Shown: one piece after another, positions 49,274 through 59,236 of the stretch
Layout of the letters: every line of letters begins with the position of its first letter
Position numbering within the stretch: position 1 is the stretch's first letter
Origin: a virus
Virus record (IMG/VR): IMGVR_UViG_3300025137_000026
Span: 12,945-76,944 of that record
DNA: 64,000 nt
Reading direction: 5' to 3' (one strand)
Translations under genes and position numbers: made by a program
Notes under the pieces: model-generated
Seen by the model: only the letters and a program-made list of their open reading frames with translations
Database searches by the model: none
What the model was told of the DNA's origin: nothing

Positions 49274-51577
49274 ATGGTTCATCCGGACATACTTCTCAAA
49301 ACAAACACGACTCAAGCGCGGCTTAGGGAAGTATTTACCTGCAAAAAGTCAGACTCCAAGGATTGGAAAATCAGGGAGCGTCTTACTGATTTAGTCCGAA
49401 GTCGAGTCCACGAGGGGATTTATCACTCATGCAAAAATCACTCTTTGTACCTCTCTGTGGACTTGGCTTGGGATAGCCTTCCTATTAATAAGTTTACGAT
49501 TCCATTGCTACAGTATGCACAAGGTAAAATCAATATTGAGCAATGTGGGCAGAAACTTGAGGGTATAGACCCAGACTTAAAAGATAAGTTTGTAGAGTAT
49601 GACGATGAAGGTGCAGTTAAGGATATTAATCTTATGCGTCTTTATGAGGTTTCGGTTTCATTAATTCGTTCTTATGTGACTCGAAGAGTCGCTGCTCAGA
49701 CGTCGAGATTTTCAAACCTATTCCCATACTTTAAGTATGAGGCAAGAGGTACTGACATACCCTCTAGGGTTAGGGCGGAAGTTCTTTCTCAACGAGTTGA
49801 AATGATGGCCGAGCAGTTTGGATACAGGCATCAGTTTGAGCAAAGCATTCGTTCGATGTTTATGTATGGTTACTCTCTGATGTTTCCATCTGAGCCTTGG
49901 ACTCGTGAAGTTCACTGGAGAGATTCACCTGATGGAATGGAATCTTATGTTGAGAAAGAAGGTATACATTTTGTTAGCCCACACCCAACTCGTACATTTT
50001 GGGATAACTCAGCACCTTTAGCTGCAGTTAACACTAATCTTGGCCCGACTTGGTTGGGGTATTGGGACATAGTCAGGTATTCAACGGTTAGAGATAACCC
50101 AGGATATTGGAACATGGATGATATAGCATATACCAATTCACTTCATGGTTTAGTTAATAGCTACAAAGACTTCTTTGATTATTATTTTGATGGCTCAGTC
50201 ATGGCTTTCCCAAAGAAAACTGATTGGTTTCCATTTGGTAACGACAGAACATCTAATAAGGGTATATATGCAGGTGAGGACGAAGATAAAGCTATGTTCG
50301 TCTCTACTATGTACATGAAATTAAACCCGAAGGCTGAAGGGCTAGGGGATTATCCTTTTGACTGCTGGTTAAAAGTAATTGTGGCATCTGATGAAACAAT
50401 TATCTATGCCGAGTGGATGCCCTCAATTCCGGCTATTTATGGTGGAATTAACCAAAACGATGATCGAATGGCTAACTGCTCGTTCGCTCATGACTTGATG
50501 CCTTATCAGGACCAGATGAATAACATCGTCTATGCGATGCTTCATCATATGAAAATATCTATGTTTAAGATTCTGACTATTGATCAGGATGCACTGGATG
50601 AAGATGTAAAGGAATACTTACAGGCATCGTTAGCAGAAGATAATTTCTATCAAAAGCCTAAGGCTATGTTCTACTCAGGAGCTAAAGCTGCAGACTTAGG
50701 AATTGATACAAAGAATATAATAAATGTGGTAGATGTATCACAAGAGTTAGCTCAAGGCATTAGTATGTCTCTTAATTCTTTGTTCCAATTACTTAATTTA
50801 GTTGAGAAGCTGATGATTCTTTCTCCACAAGAGTTGGGTCAAGCTGCACAAAGAGAAATATCTGCAACGGAGGTTAGTGAAATAGCTAACACGACTAACA
50901 CGATTTACGCATTTATATCAGAAGGTATTGATGAGATGCGCGCTGCAGCCAAGAAGATGATTTACGAGCATCTAGTATGCTGTAGCACCACAGAGTTTAA
51001 TGTACCTGTAAAGCAAAGGTTCTCACTGAAAACAATTACCGATGCAGGGCTTGAGATAGAGGACACAGGTGACCAAGATGAGAAGCCTCGAGGTAGGAAT
51101 ATAATAGGTACACCTAATAACCTAGTACACGAATATTTATTCTCAGGCAGAGATGGTTCAGAAAGGTCAAGAGATACTCAAGCTGCTCAGACCTTAACCC
51201 AGTTATTCTCACAAGTAATGGGCATGAAGCCAATTGCCGAAGCATTAGGTAAGGAAAGGATGTTTGGGATTTTAAATGAGATATTCCGTATGTCAGGTGC
51301 AGGCTATGACCTTAATCTTGAAATGGATGAAGAGGATGAGTCAGAAGATTTAAGCATGGAAGATGAGCAGTTCTTAGCTCAACTTAAACAAAAGTTCCCT
51401 CAGATGGAACAGATGTTGATGACCATGATGCAACAAATGGGAGGAGGGCAAGGAGGCCCGCCGCAACCTGGTCAACCACCACAGGCTGGAGGCCCGCCAC
51501 AGCAAGCTTTGCCCCCTGGGCAAGCAGCTCAAGAAGCAGGAGCGCCACCACCACAGGGACAGCCTATCCCACAATAA
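49274..51577 (+). CDS. Portal protein
   Basis: 767 aa after terL; ISATEV motif; Q/P/G-rich C-tail typical of podovirus portals. Confidence 0.75.
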   Translation: MVHPDILLKTNTTQARLREVFTCKKSDSKDWKIRERLTDLVRSRVHEGIYHSCKNHSLYLSVDLAWDSLPINKFTIPLLQYAQGKINIEQCGQKLEGIDPDLKDKFVEYDDEGAVKDINLMRLYEVSVSLIRSYVTRRVAAQTSRFSNLFPYFKYEARGTDIPSRVRAEVLSQRVEMMAEQFGYRHQFEQSIRSMFMYGYSLMFPSEPWTREVHWRDSPDGMESYVEKEGIHFVSPHPTRTFWDNSAPLAAVNTNLGPTWLGYWDIVRYSTVRDNPGYWNMDDIAYTNSLHGLVNSYKDFFDYYFDGSVMAFPKKTDWFPFGNDRTSNKGIYAGEDEDKAMFVSTMYMKLNPKAEGLGDYPFDCWLKVIVASDETIIYAEWMPSIPAIYGGINQNDDRMANCSFAHDLMPYQDQMNNIVYAMLHHMKISMFKILTIDQDALDEDVKEYLQASLAEDNFYQKPKAMFYSGAKAADLGIDTKNIINVVDVSQELAQGISMSLNSLFQLLNLVEKLMILSPQELGQAAQREISATEVSEIANTTNTIYAFISEGIDEMRAAAKKMIYEHLVCCSTTEFNVPVKQRFSLKTITDAGLEIEDTGDQDEKPRGRNIIGTPNNLVHEYLFSGRDGSERSRDTQAAQTLTQLFSQVMGMKPIAEALGKERMFGILNEIFRMSGAGYDLNLEMDEEDESEDLSMEDEQFLAQLKQKFPQMEQMLMTMMQQMGGGQGGPPQPGQPPQAGGPPQQALPPGQAAQEAGAPPPQGQPIPQ

Positions 51578-51580
51578 TTT

Positions 51581-52894
51581 ATGAGCGAAGAAGAAGTTAA
51601 AGAGAATGTGGAAGAAACGCCGGAAGTCGGAGAACAAGAGGAATCTGATAATCCGATTTTTAACGCTTTATTTAAAGCTGTTGAAGGAGAAGGGGAGGAA
51701 GAGGAAGAGGAGCAAGAAGAGTTTACTCCTCCTAGTTCCCTCCAGAGTGCCTTACATGACATAGAGCAAGGGGTTGAGTCGGAGAAGCAAGAAGAGTCTC
51801 AAGAAGAAGAATCAACTGAAGGAATCACAGAAGAAGTACCCGAAAAAAAGAAAAGGGTAGCCCGAAAGAAAAAAATAGTAGACCCAGAGTTTACTCCTAG
51901 GCAAACAGTTGCTCAAAAAACTCCTGTTCCTGTAAGGCAGCATGACACTAGTCAGTTAAACGAACATGAGAAGGAGAGATATAACTTAGCTAAGTGGGCA
52001 TCTGAAAATGTTGAAGGCTTTAAGGATAAAGATACTGAGTACCTTAAGTTTTTCAAAGAGCATAAATCTTACTTAGATAAGAGGCTGATGGAAGATCCTG
52101 ATATAAATCTAGAGGATGACGAGGAGTACAGAAGGTTTTTATCACAAAACAGACCGAATTTTAATGTAGATCAGATTAAGAATGCTCGCATACAGAAATT
52201 GGCAGAAGCTAATGCTATCAAAAAGCTGTCTCCTGAAATAGAGAAGCAGAAGAAAGAATTAGCTAGACTTAGAGCAGAACCTAAAGTCAAGGTCGCCAAG
52301 GCACAGTCCAAGAAACTTATTGCTCAATCAGTCCCTAAGGAAATAATGGATAGTTTTAGGGCTGACCCTGACTTCAGTAAGACCCATGCCCTAGAAGCAG
52401 AAATAGTTGATAGAATATTAGGGGACGCCAATGCGATGGCTGAGGCTTTTCACAACATTGCAAGCGATCTAGAGGATTACAATCCTAGCAATAAAGTTCA
52501 TGTTCAGTTGTCAAAATGGATTGACCAAGAGCAAAGTGCGTTTATTCAAGGCGGAAAAACAAAAAGACAAGGTAAAATATTCGTAAGAAGAGAGAGATAT
52601 CCTAGTGTGCCTGCAGCAGATAGGGATAAATACTACACTTTTTCTGATGCAGACATGATTAAGATTCTAGCTCAGAGGGCAGGGGAATCAATGAACAATC
52701 AGATAAAAAGTAGCTTATCTAGGTTGGAGAGGTCTGGGTTTACTAGAAGTAAGGGTCAGATAAAAAATTCACAAACACCTGATGTGAAGCAACCTACGAA
52801 AGCCCCAGCCCCTAGCCCCCGTCCCGGCCCATCTGTTGATAGCCCTCCATCAGGGGAGAGTGAGAACAAAGTCTTGAGCTTACTTGGGTTATAA
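51581..52894 (+). CDS. Putative scaffolding protein
   Basis: Acidic, helical, between portal and capsid genes. Confidence 0.6.
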   Translation: MSEEEVKENVEETPEVGEQEESDNPIFNALFKAVEGEGEEEEEEQEEFTPPSSLQSALHDIEQGVESEKQEESQEEESTEGITEEVPEKKKRVARKKKIVDPEFTPRQTVAQKTPVPVRQHDTSQLNEHEKERYNLAKWASENVEGFKDKDTEYLKFFKEHKSYLDKRLMEDPDINLEDDEEYRRFLSQNRPNFNVDQIKNARIQKLAEANAIKKLSPEIEKQKKELARLRAEPKVKVAKAQSKKLIAQSVPKEIMDSFRADPDFSKTHALEAEIVDRILGDANAMAEAFHNIASDLEDYNPSNKVHVQLSKWIDQEQSAFIQGGKTKRQGKIFVRRERYPSVPAADRDKYYTFSDADMIKILAQRAGESMNNQIKSSLSRLERSGFTRSKGQIKNSQTPDVKQPTKAPAPSPRPGPSVDSPPSGESENKVLSLLGL

Positions 52895-53034
52895 AATCTA
52901 TGTTTTGGCTTTCAATTAAGAAAGCAATTATGGGTTAAGGGATAGTAAATCAGGCAAAAAAACGCCTGTTCTAGATTAAGGTAATTTGGAACGCTAAATT
53001 AATTGTAACTTATTAATCTTAGTTACAAATAATT

Positions 53035-54912
53035 ATGGCAAACAATATATCTAATTCGGGACAATTTACTACTTCTGGGTATCAAAACACTCAAATGGCG
53101 CAACCGACTGCGTCCTCAGCGAGTTCTTTAATACCTGGGTCACAAGGATCGGGCTATGACGCTCTTCCTAGAATTATTAAAGTCGATAGCTCAACGGGCT
53201 GTACTCTTACTAAGGCGCACGTTAAAGGTTTAACACCTGGCGAATTTGAAGCCCTAGGTAATAAAGAAACTGATCTTGCAAGAGTTATTGCATCTGCTGC
53301 TGAAGCTAAAACTCTTGGAGTTGAAGAGCGTGGTCTTACTACACTCCTAACATCTTCAGTGCAGAATATTAAGCCTTTGATAAATAAGCAGAATGTTGCT
53401 GAGCAATCGATCATTCTTCCTTATATCCAGCGTCGCCAGCGTTCAGTCATCAATGCAAATTACTTCGCAATTGAAGCCGGACAACCAGCAACAGGATCCG
53501 ATGCCTACGATCCTTCTTACACCAATAAGAGCGGGGATTTTAAGATTACCGTAAACTTGGGTGGTTCTGATTGGGTTACTCCTCTGAATGGACTTGAGCG
53601 TTATTTCCTTCCTGGTGGTTTCGTAATCGTAAATCACTGGACAAGTGGCGGGGCAGTTGTAGAAGTACAATTCCAAATCGTTGGTTCAACAAATGCTGAT
53701 GCAGCAAACTCTGGTGCAACAGGCACAATTGCTAAAGCCGATGTTATTCTTCGTCCTACAGGTAAAGAAGTTCCTGCTTCTGCTGCATTCTCAACCTTGC
53801 CACAAGCTGAGCAAGATAAGTTTGCACCAACTGCTGGTATCCTTCAAACCATTGCCAATAACGTAAACGACTACGAATCATGGTGCAGGAACCAACCAAC
53901 CGACATGAGCGTACGCTTGCTTGTCAACTGGCTGCAAACTACTCGTGAATCACGTGAGGTTAATGACAGCTACAAGAAAACTCTTGAGAGCATCATGTCT
54001 GGCAAGGTTAACCCTTATCTTTCTTCCATGGTCTATCAGCCTTTGGCAGAGCAAAACAAGATTGCTTCCAAAGTTTCTCAAGATCAGTGGAATCGCGCAG
54101 TTTGGTACAACCAAGCACTTAACGACGCTCAGAAACCTGAGACTTACATGCAGCTCCCAGGAGTCACTGACCCCGAGGATACTAACTGCACATTGGAATA
54201 CAAAGCCAACGCTTTGGGAATTAAGTCCTTATTGCGTGAAGGTGGTCGTATCAAGGACAACGGAGGTAATAACCTCGACTTGGACTCCTTGTTCAGCGAC
54301 TTGTACTTCCTTAAGCGTAATCGCGAGCAGGACGGAGATACCATTTCGGTAATCGACGTAATGACCGACCGCTTAACCGCAGTCAAAATCTTCGAGGCAT
54401 TCAACTCATATTACAAACTCCGTTACGGATGGGAGACTCAGCGCAATGCCAACATCAATCAGACGATTGAGCATAACGGCATTATCCTCTTTAACTATAA
54501 CGTGTACGACATTCCTGATGTTGGAGTTCAATTGGCTGTCTTCCATGACCCAATGTTTGATGACCTCCTTAATGTTGGTTCTGGTCAGAAGTATCTTGTT
54601 GATGGAACTCGCTCCGGCGATGCAGTCTTCAGTGATGCAGCTACCTTTGCTAAGACTCAGCGTATGTTATGGCTCGTTGACTGGAGTGACGTTAAGATCG
54701 GAATTGCTGGTACAAACAGCATTACTCGCACTCAGCCTCATCCTGAAGTTGATCGCTTGTATAGCTGCCGTATGGATTCCGTGAAGAGAACCTTCAATCT
54801 TCGTTCCACAAAATGGACAACGATGATGGATCGTCCTCACCGTCACCTTATCTTGGAAAACATCTCCGATATCGTTCAGTTTACGTTGGGTGGTACTACC
54901 CACACGTTCTGA
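53035..54912 (+). CDS. Putative major capsid protein
   Basis: Position after portal/scaffold, own upstream motif, downstream terminator, codon use suggesting high expression; unusually long (625 aa). Confidence 0.7.
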   Translation: MANNISNSGQFTTSGYQNTQMAQPTASSASSLIPGSQGSGYDALPRIIKVDSSTGCTLTKAHVKGLTPGEFEALGNKETDLARVIASAAEAKTLGVEERGLTTLLTSSVQNIKPLINKQNVAEQSIILPYIQRRQRSVINANYFAIEAGQPATGSDAYDPSYTNKSGDFKITVNLGGSDWVTPLNGLERYFLPGGFVIVNHWTSGGAVVEVQFQIVGSTNADAANSGATGTIAKADVILRPTGKEVPASAAFSTLPQAEQDKFAPTAGILQTIANNVNDYESWCRNQPTDMSVRLLVNWLQTTRESREVNDSYKKTLESIMSGKVNPYLSSMVYQPLAEQNKIASKVSQDQWNRAVWYNQALNDAQKPETYMQLPGVTDPEDTNCTLEYKANALGIKSLLREGGRIKDNGGNNLDLDSLFSDLYFLKRNREQDGDTISVIDVMTDRLTAVKIFEAFNSYYKLRYGWETQRNANINQTIEHNGIILFNYNVYDIPDVGVQLAVFHDPMFDDLLNVGSGQKYLVDGTRSGDAVFSDAATFAKTQRMLWLVDWSDVKIGIAGTNSITRTQPHPEVDRLYSCRMDSVKRTFNLRSTKWTTMMDRPHRHLILENISDIVQFTLGGTTHTF

Positions 54913-54945
54913 TCATTTAAGCCTTCCACATCTCATCACTCATAT

Positions 54946-54985
54946 GGCGGGAGGCACTGCGTATGCGGGGCCTCCCGTCTTATTT
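54946..54985 (+). terminator. Rho-independent terminator after capsid gene
   Basis: GGCGGGAGGC...GCCTCCCGTC then TTATTT. Confidence 0.7.
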
Positions 54986-54993
54986 ATAAGACT

Positions 54994-55410
54994 ATGAAGA
55001 AATTACACTTTGAAAATGCGAATAAAGATTATGATGGTTACGAGGGTTTCATACCTGTTTTAGTTGGATCATCTTGGATTGGTCTTGCCGAAGTTGAAGA
55101 CAAGGTTGCAGACAAACTTAAAGATGTCCCAGGAGTTACAATCCTTAGCGACAAGGATTGGGACTGGTACAAAAAAAAAGTGGGGGAGGAAAAGATAGCT
55201 TTCCGACAGTTCGCAACAGTTCAGCAAGAGCCGGAGAAAAACCCAAATGCAAACTATGCGGAGGAAGTAAAGAGCGAAGCTGGAAAACAATCTTCATCGG
55301 ATGATCCAAAGGACTTAATTGAAGTAGATGCAGTTGAGGTAACTGATCCTCTTTCAGAAGAGGAAGAGAAACCTGCCCCAAAGCCTAGAGCTAAGAAAGG
55401 CAAAAAGTAA
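54994..55410 (+). CDS. Hypothetical head-associated protein
   Basis: 138 aa, basic C-tail. Confidence 0.55.
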   Translation: MKKLHFENANKDYDGYEGFIPVLVGSSWIGLAEVEDKVADKLKDVPGVTILSDKDWDWYKKKVGEEKIAFRQFATVQQEPEKNPNANYAEEVKSEAGKQSSSDDPKDLIEVDAVEVTDPLSEEEEKPAPKPRAKKGKK

Positions 55411-55557
55411 ATGGATCAGCATACCACAGTCGGAGTAATCGGCTGGGCAACTGCGTGGGGCTTAGCTGACTATCATCTGATTTCGGCTAGCGTTGCAGCA
55501 ACATTAACTGCTGTCTACATGTCTATCGCAATCTATAAGAAACTTACGGAAAAATGA
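55411..55557 (+). CDS. 48-aa holin-like membrane peptide (not in ORF track)
   Basis: MDQHTTVGVIGWATAWGL...ISASVAATLTAVYMSIAIYKKLTEK. Confidence 0.5.
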   Translation: MDQHTTVGVIGWATAWGLADYHLISASVAATLTAVYMSIAIYKKLTEK

Positions 55558-56525
55558 AAACTATTGATTTAAAATCCTATGGTCGAGATAAGTTTTCCTC
55601 AGATGACTTTGATCCTTTAGTAGCAGTATCAGATGGTCGATTGGTAGTAACTAATCAACCTGCTAGAAGTGGTGTTTTTTCAACTAATTCACACCCACTT
55701 GTTGCACCGCTACCATCAATTAATGCCAAGTCCTTCCGACTTACAAATTCGGGTTCTAGCAATATTGATGTAAGTCAAAAAAGTATAATACATTCTCGAT
55801 ACTTTGATGAGACTAGTGTTGGGGTAATACCAGACTCTCCCAGTCTAAACATGAAGACCTTAATGGATGAAACGCCTTTAGGTAATTCACAGGTTTTACA
55901 AGTTACCCACACAGATGATACTGCTGTTTTTACAACAGTTCCAGTTTTGGCTAATCAATCTAACTTAACCTATGTTATTTATTTCAAAATGAGTTCCGTA
56001 GATTCCGAGCTTACACCTCTTGGGATATATAATAATAGGGCAAGCATAGATATTAATCATCCTGCTGCAGCTATAAGGGTTTTGCCTGACTTAAGCTTAA
56101 AGGTGAGGGTTGGTTATAATGATCATATTCCAATACAGAACGAACTTGTTCAGTTAAACAAATGGCATCGTGCAACTATCGGAACTAATGGAGTTGATTT
56201 CTCAATTAGCGTACAGCGGTATGAAGCTGGAGGTTATGTTGATCTAGTTCCATCGTTTGACTCTTATTCTCTATCTGGTAATCCTGTAGAGTCTTGGACA
56301 TCCCATGGCGTTGGGTTACTTAGCGAAATTTTAAATGATCCAGACTATGTAATAGCTGTAGCTTCTGAGGGGGCAGGGGTACAAACCGTGGATTCCCTTG
56401 AGGTTTATACTCAATCAGATCGATCAGAAGTTTTAATTGCAGGAACTACTAAAGAATATTTTTGCCATCGTTCACTCGATGAATTTTCCGTATCTGGAGA
56501 TGTATCAGGATACTATAGATCATGA
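55554..56525 (+). CDS. Beta-rich structural protein (lectin/LamG-like possible)
   Basis: 323 aa; LNKWHRATI motif. Confidence 0.45.
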   Translation: MKTIDLKSYGRDKFSSDDFDPLVAVSDGRLVVTNQPARSGVFSTNSHPLVAPLPSINAKSFRLTNSGSSNIDVSQKSIIHSRYFDETSVGVIPDSPSLNMKTLMDETPLGNSQVLQVTHTDDTAVFTTVPVLANQSNLTYVIYFKMSSVDSELTPLGIYNNRASIDINHPAAAIRVLPDLSLKVRVGYNDHIPIQNELVQLNKWHRATIGTNGVDFSISVQRYEAGGYVDLVPSFDSYSLSGNPVESWTSHGVGLLSEILNDPDYVIAVASEGAGVQTVDSLEVYTQSDRSEVLIAGTTKEYFCHRSLDEFSVSGDVSGYYRS

Positions 56526-56528
56526 TAA

Positions 56529-56972
56529 ATGAGGTATCTGATTTATAGTATTATGCTGTTCTTGTTTACGAGCTGCTCGCTAAAAAAATTCTATCCGCTT
56601 GGTGGAGCTATGGTCGGTGGTTCGGCAGGATCATTAGGTGGCCCGGTGACAGCTGGTCTTGGCGCAGGTGCAGGATGGGCAACAGGAGAAATAGCTAAGG
56701 GAGATGAAGAATTGACAGAAGCCAAGGAGACTATTGAGGCTCTTTCGCATGGTGATGTAGAAAAATTACTTGAGATTGAGCGAAAAGGACAGAAGGGAAT
56801 CTTACAGCAGATTGAAGATGGCATTTGGAATACCGTGAAGATTGTCGGTCTAATTATTTTATTACTTGTGGGAGGAACAATTTTTTACACTAGGATTAAG
56901 TGTAAGAAGACTCTCGAAATGCTAGGAATTATCAATGAAGACGTGGATCGAGTTCAACGAAACGGTAAATGA
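56529..56972 (+). CDS. Lipoprotein with glycine zipper and C-terminal TM (spanin-like)
   Basis: Lipobox FTSC, GGAMVGGSAGSLGG, TM IVGLIILLLVGGTIFY. Confidence 0.55.
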   Translation: MRYLIYSIMLFLFTSCSLKKFYPLGGAMVGGSAGSLGGPVTAGLGAGAGWATGEIAKGDEELTEAKETIEALSHGDVEKLLEIERKGQKGILQQIEDGIWNTVKIVGLIILLLVGGTIFYTRIKCKKTLEMLGIINEDVDRVQRNGK

Positions 56973-57669
56973 TTTATTGCTTATAGACGGCCTTAGAAGG
57001 GGTCGTGGAGTAGAGAAATTTCGTGATCGCATGATCGTGGCAGGTGTTCGTGACCTTCAGTCTTATATACCTGAGCTAAGAACAACACCAACCGAAGCTA
57101 ATTTTACTACATCCGATCTAACTGAGCATGGTGAAAAACAATGTCAGGTTGGAGATTTTGATATCGAAGCATCTAGAATTATGGATGTAGTGGTTAGGCA
57201 ATTACCAACAGGTGATGAAACTGTATCAAAGTATTATCGATTAAATATTTACTCTGCCTACAAAAGACATTCAATTCTAGATGGTGGGCATGCGAAGAGG
57301 TCAATTAACTTCCCTGGGAAGATTACTTTTGATCGTGGTCAATTTTACACTGCACCTATTTTAGAGGACAATGAAACATTAAGTATATTGTTCAACCAAG
57401 AATATGCATTTAAGCCTATGTTTGAATGCACTCCTGACCAAAAAGCGTACAAAACTAACTTAAGTGATGATGCTGCGCTTGCCGTTCATTACTTCGTAAA
57501 GTATCATTTTGAAAAGGATGTTAACGATGATACCAATCAAGCTCAGACTAATTTACAGAACTATCAGAGAGAGCGCAGAAAAATTGCAGTCAATCGACCT
57601 GAAATACTTACCACTAATAACCCAACCGAGTCTCTAGGAGAGGGAGGCTTTACTATAGGAAATGGCTAA
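56935..57669 (+). CDS. Putative head-tail adaptor / tail tubular protein A
   Basis: 244 aa, position and size. Confidence 0.45.
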   Translation: MKTWIEFNETVNDLLLIDGLRRGRGVEKFRDRMIVAGVRDLQSYIPELRTTPTEANFTTSDLTEHGEKQCQVGDFDIEASRIMDVVVRQLPTGDETVSKYYRLNIYSAYKRHSILDGGHAKRSINFPGKITFDRGQFYTAPILEDNETLSILFNQEYAFKPMFECTPDQKAYKTNLSDDAALAVHYFVKYHFEKDVNDDTNQAQTNLQNYQRERRKIAVNRPEILTTNNPTESLGEGGFTIGNG

Positions 57670-59236
57670 TAGAACTACATTAAAAGCTCAATTCTCTGCT
57701 GGTCAATCTGTCGTAGAGTCAGACTTTACCACACTAATAGATAGTCTTGCTCACCTTACTGATGATGTGGCAAGTGGCGCATTAGCAAGTGGTAGCGACA
57801 TAACTGCACTAAATGCATCTATTGCTTCCCTTCAAGCATTAGCAAATACAACTAAGGATGAACTAGATAATTATGTTGGTGAGCATCCTACTCTTGCAGA
57901 AGTTCAAGCAGCAGATTCTTCTCTTTCCAATTCAATAAATTCTAGCATACAGACTTTAGCTATTCTTAGTGACAGCCAGCATCGGGAATTAGAAAGCTCA
58001 CTAGGTACACTGCTGAGTAACTTTACTAATTTATCGTATGATTTAAATGAAAAGTGGAGCATTGCAGATCAAGCAATAAGTGCCGTACCTTCAACTTATG
58101 CAACTATTGCAGACCTTAATACTCGAGAAGCAAACCTTGAGATTTTAGCTAACTCAAAGGCTGATTCTTCGCACACGCATAGTGAATATGCGACTAAATC
58201 AAGTATTGCTGATTTCATAACTGCTAGTGATATTCCAGTATACGCTCCAGCGTCCCACCAGCATACAGCATCAGACATTTCTGGATTAGGGAGTCTGTTC
58301 ATTAGCCAAGTTGAAGCACAGGCTTTGATTGACGCCAGCAAAGTAGAGTTCGATTTTGAGACTGCTCTGTATGATAATTTCTACGATAAGGAGGAGGTTG
58401 ACCAGAAGTTCATTGTGGCACGATGGAGGACAGATCAAGTTAGTTTATTCAGTGAGTCTATCGTTAGTATTGCTCAGCCATTTGTTGATCTTGCAAGGCA
58501 GAAACTAGAAGTATCAATTTCACAAGTTAGGACTTCTCTTTTTGCAGACAAGACTAGCATCCTAGGTGAACTTTCTCAGACAAGGGCAGAGATAGAGGTT
58601 TCCATAAATAATACTAATTCTACCGTTGAACTTAATAGATTGTACTCACAATTAAAAAGAGTTTCTATTCAAGGAGGAATTAATGAGGTCAAGGCTAGCA
58701 TTGGAGCTTTAAATTCAAACCTAAAGTTATCGATTAGCACAACCAGAACAGATGCGTTAGCCGCTGTATCTAGTCTTAGAGCAGACGCTGGGGCAGACGA
58801 TGCAACCACGCTTAGTTCTGCTAATACCTATACTGATACTAAAATAAGCGGTTTACTAAATGGGGCAGGGGATGCATACAATACCTTAAAGGAACTACAG
58901 GAGCACATAACTTCAAATGATTCCTCCGCCGCTCAAGCCCTTACTACTCAAGTTGGATTACTCCAAGGTCAAATTACAGCCAACGATGGAGATTTAAGCG
59001 GAGTAGTGGTAAGTCTAGGTAATATACACGGCTTAATAGATACGGTTGAGCTTAGAGCTACCACGCTAGAATCCCAAGATGTAACATTTCAGAATAACTT
59101 GGATGCATTTCAAGCTACTTACGACACTCTCATTGCATCGAATAATGCAATGACTACTGCATATAACGATTTACTTTCAAGAGTTACGACACTTGAAAAC
59201 ACGGCATATGCCCAAGCAGGCTATGTGTTCCCATAA
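57662..59236 (+). CDS. Coiled-coil tail fibre-like protein
   Basis: KADSSHTHSEY, HQHTASDI, GAGDAYNTLKEL fibre motifs. Confidence 0.65.
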   Translation: MANRTTLKAQFSAGQSVVESDFTTLIDSLAHLTDDVASGALASGSDITALNASIASLQALANTTKDELDNYVGEHPTLAEVQAADSSLSNSINSSIQTLAILSDSQHRELESSLGTLLSNFTNLSYDLNEKWSIADQAISAVPSTYATIADLNTREANLEILANSKADSSHTHSEYATKSSIADFITASDIPVYAPASHQHTASDISGLGSLFISQVEAQALIDASKVEFDFETALYDNFYDKEEVDQKFIVARWRTDQVSLFSESIVSIAQPFVDLARQKLEVSISQVRTSLFADKTSILGELSQTRAEIEVSINNTNSTVELNRLYSQLKRVSIQGGINEVKASIGALNSNLKLSISTTRTDALAAVSSLRADAGADDATTLSSANTYTDTKISGLLNGAGDAYNTLKELQEHITSNDSSAAQALTTQVGLLQGQITANDGDLSGVVVSLGNIHGLIDTVELRATTLESQDVTFQNNLDAFQATYDTLIASNNAMTTAYNDLLSRVTTLENTAYAQAGYVFP

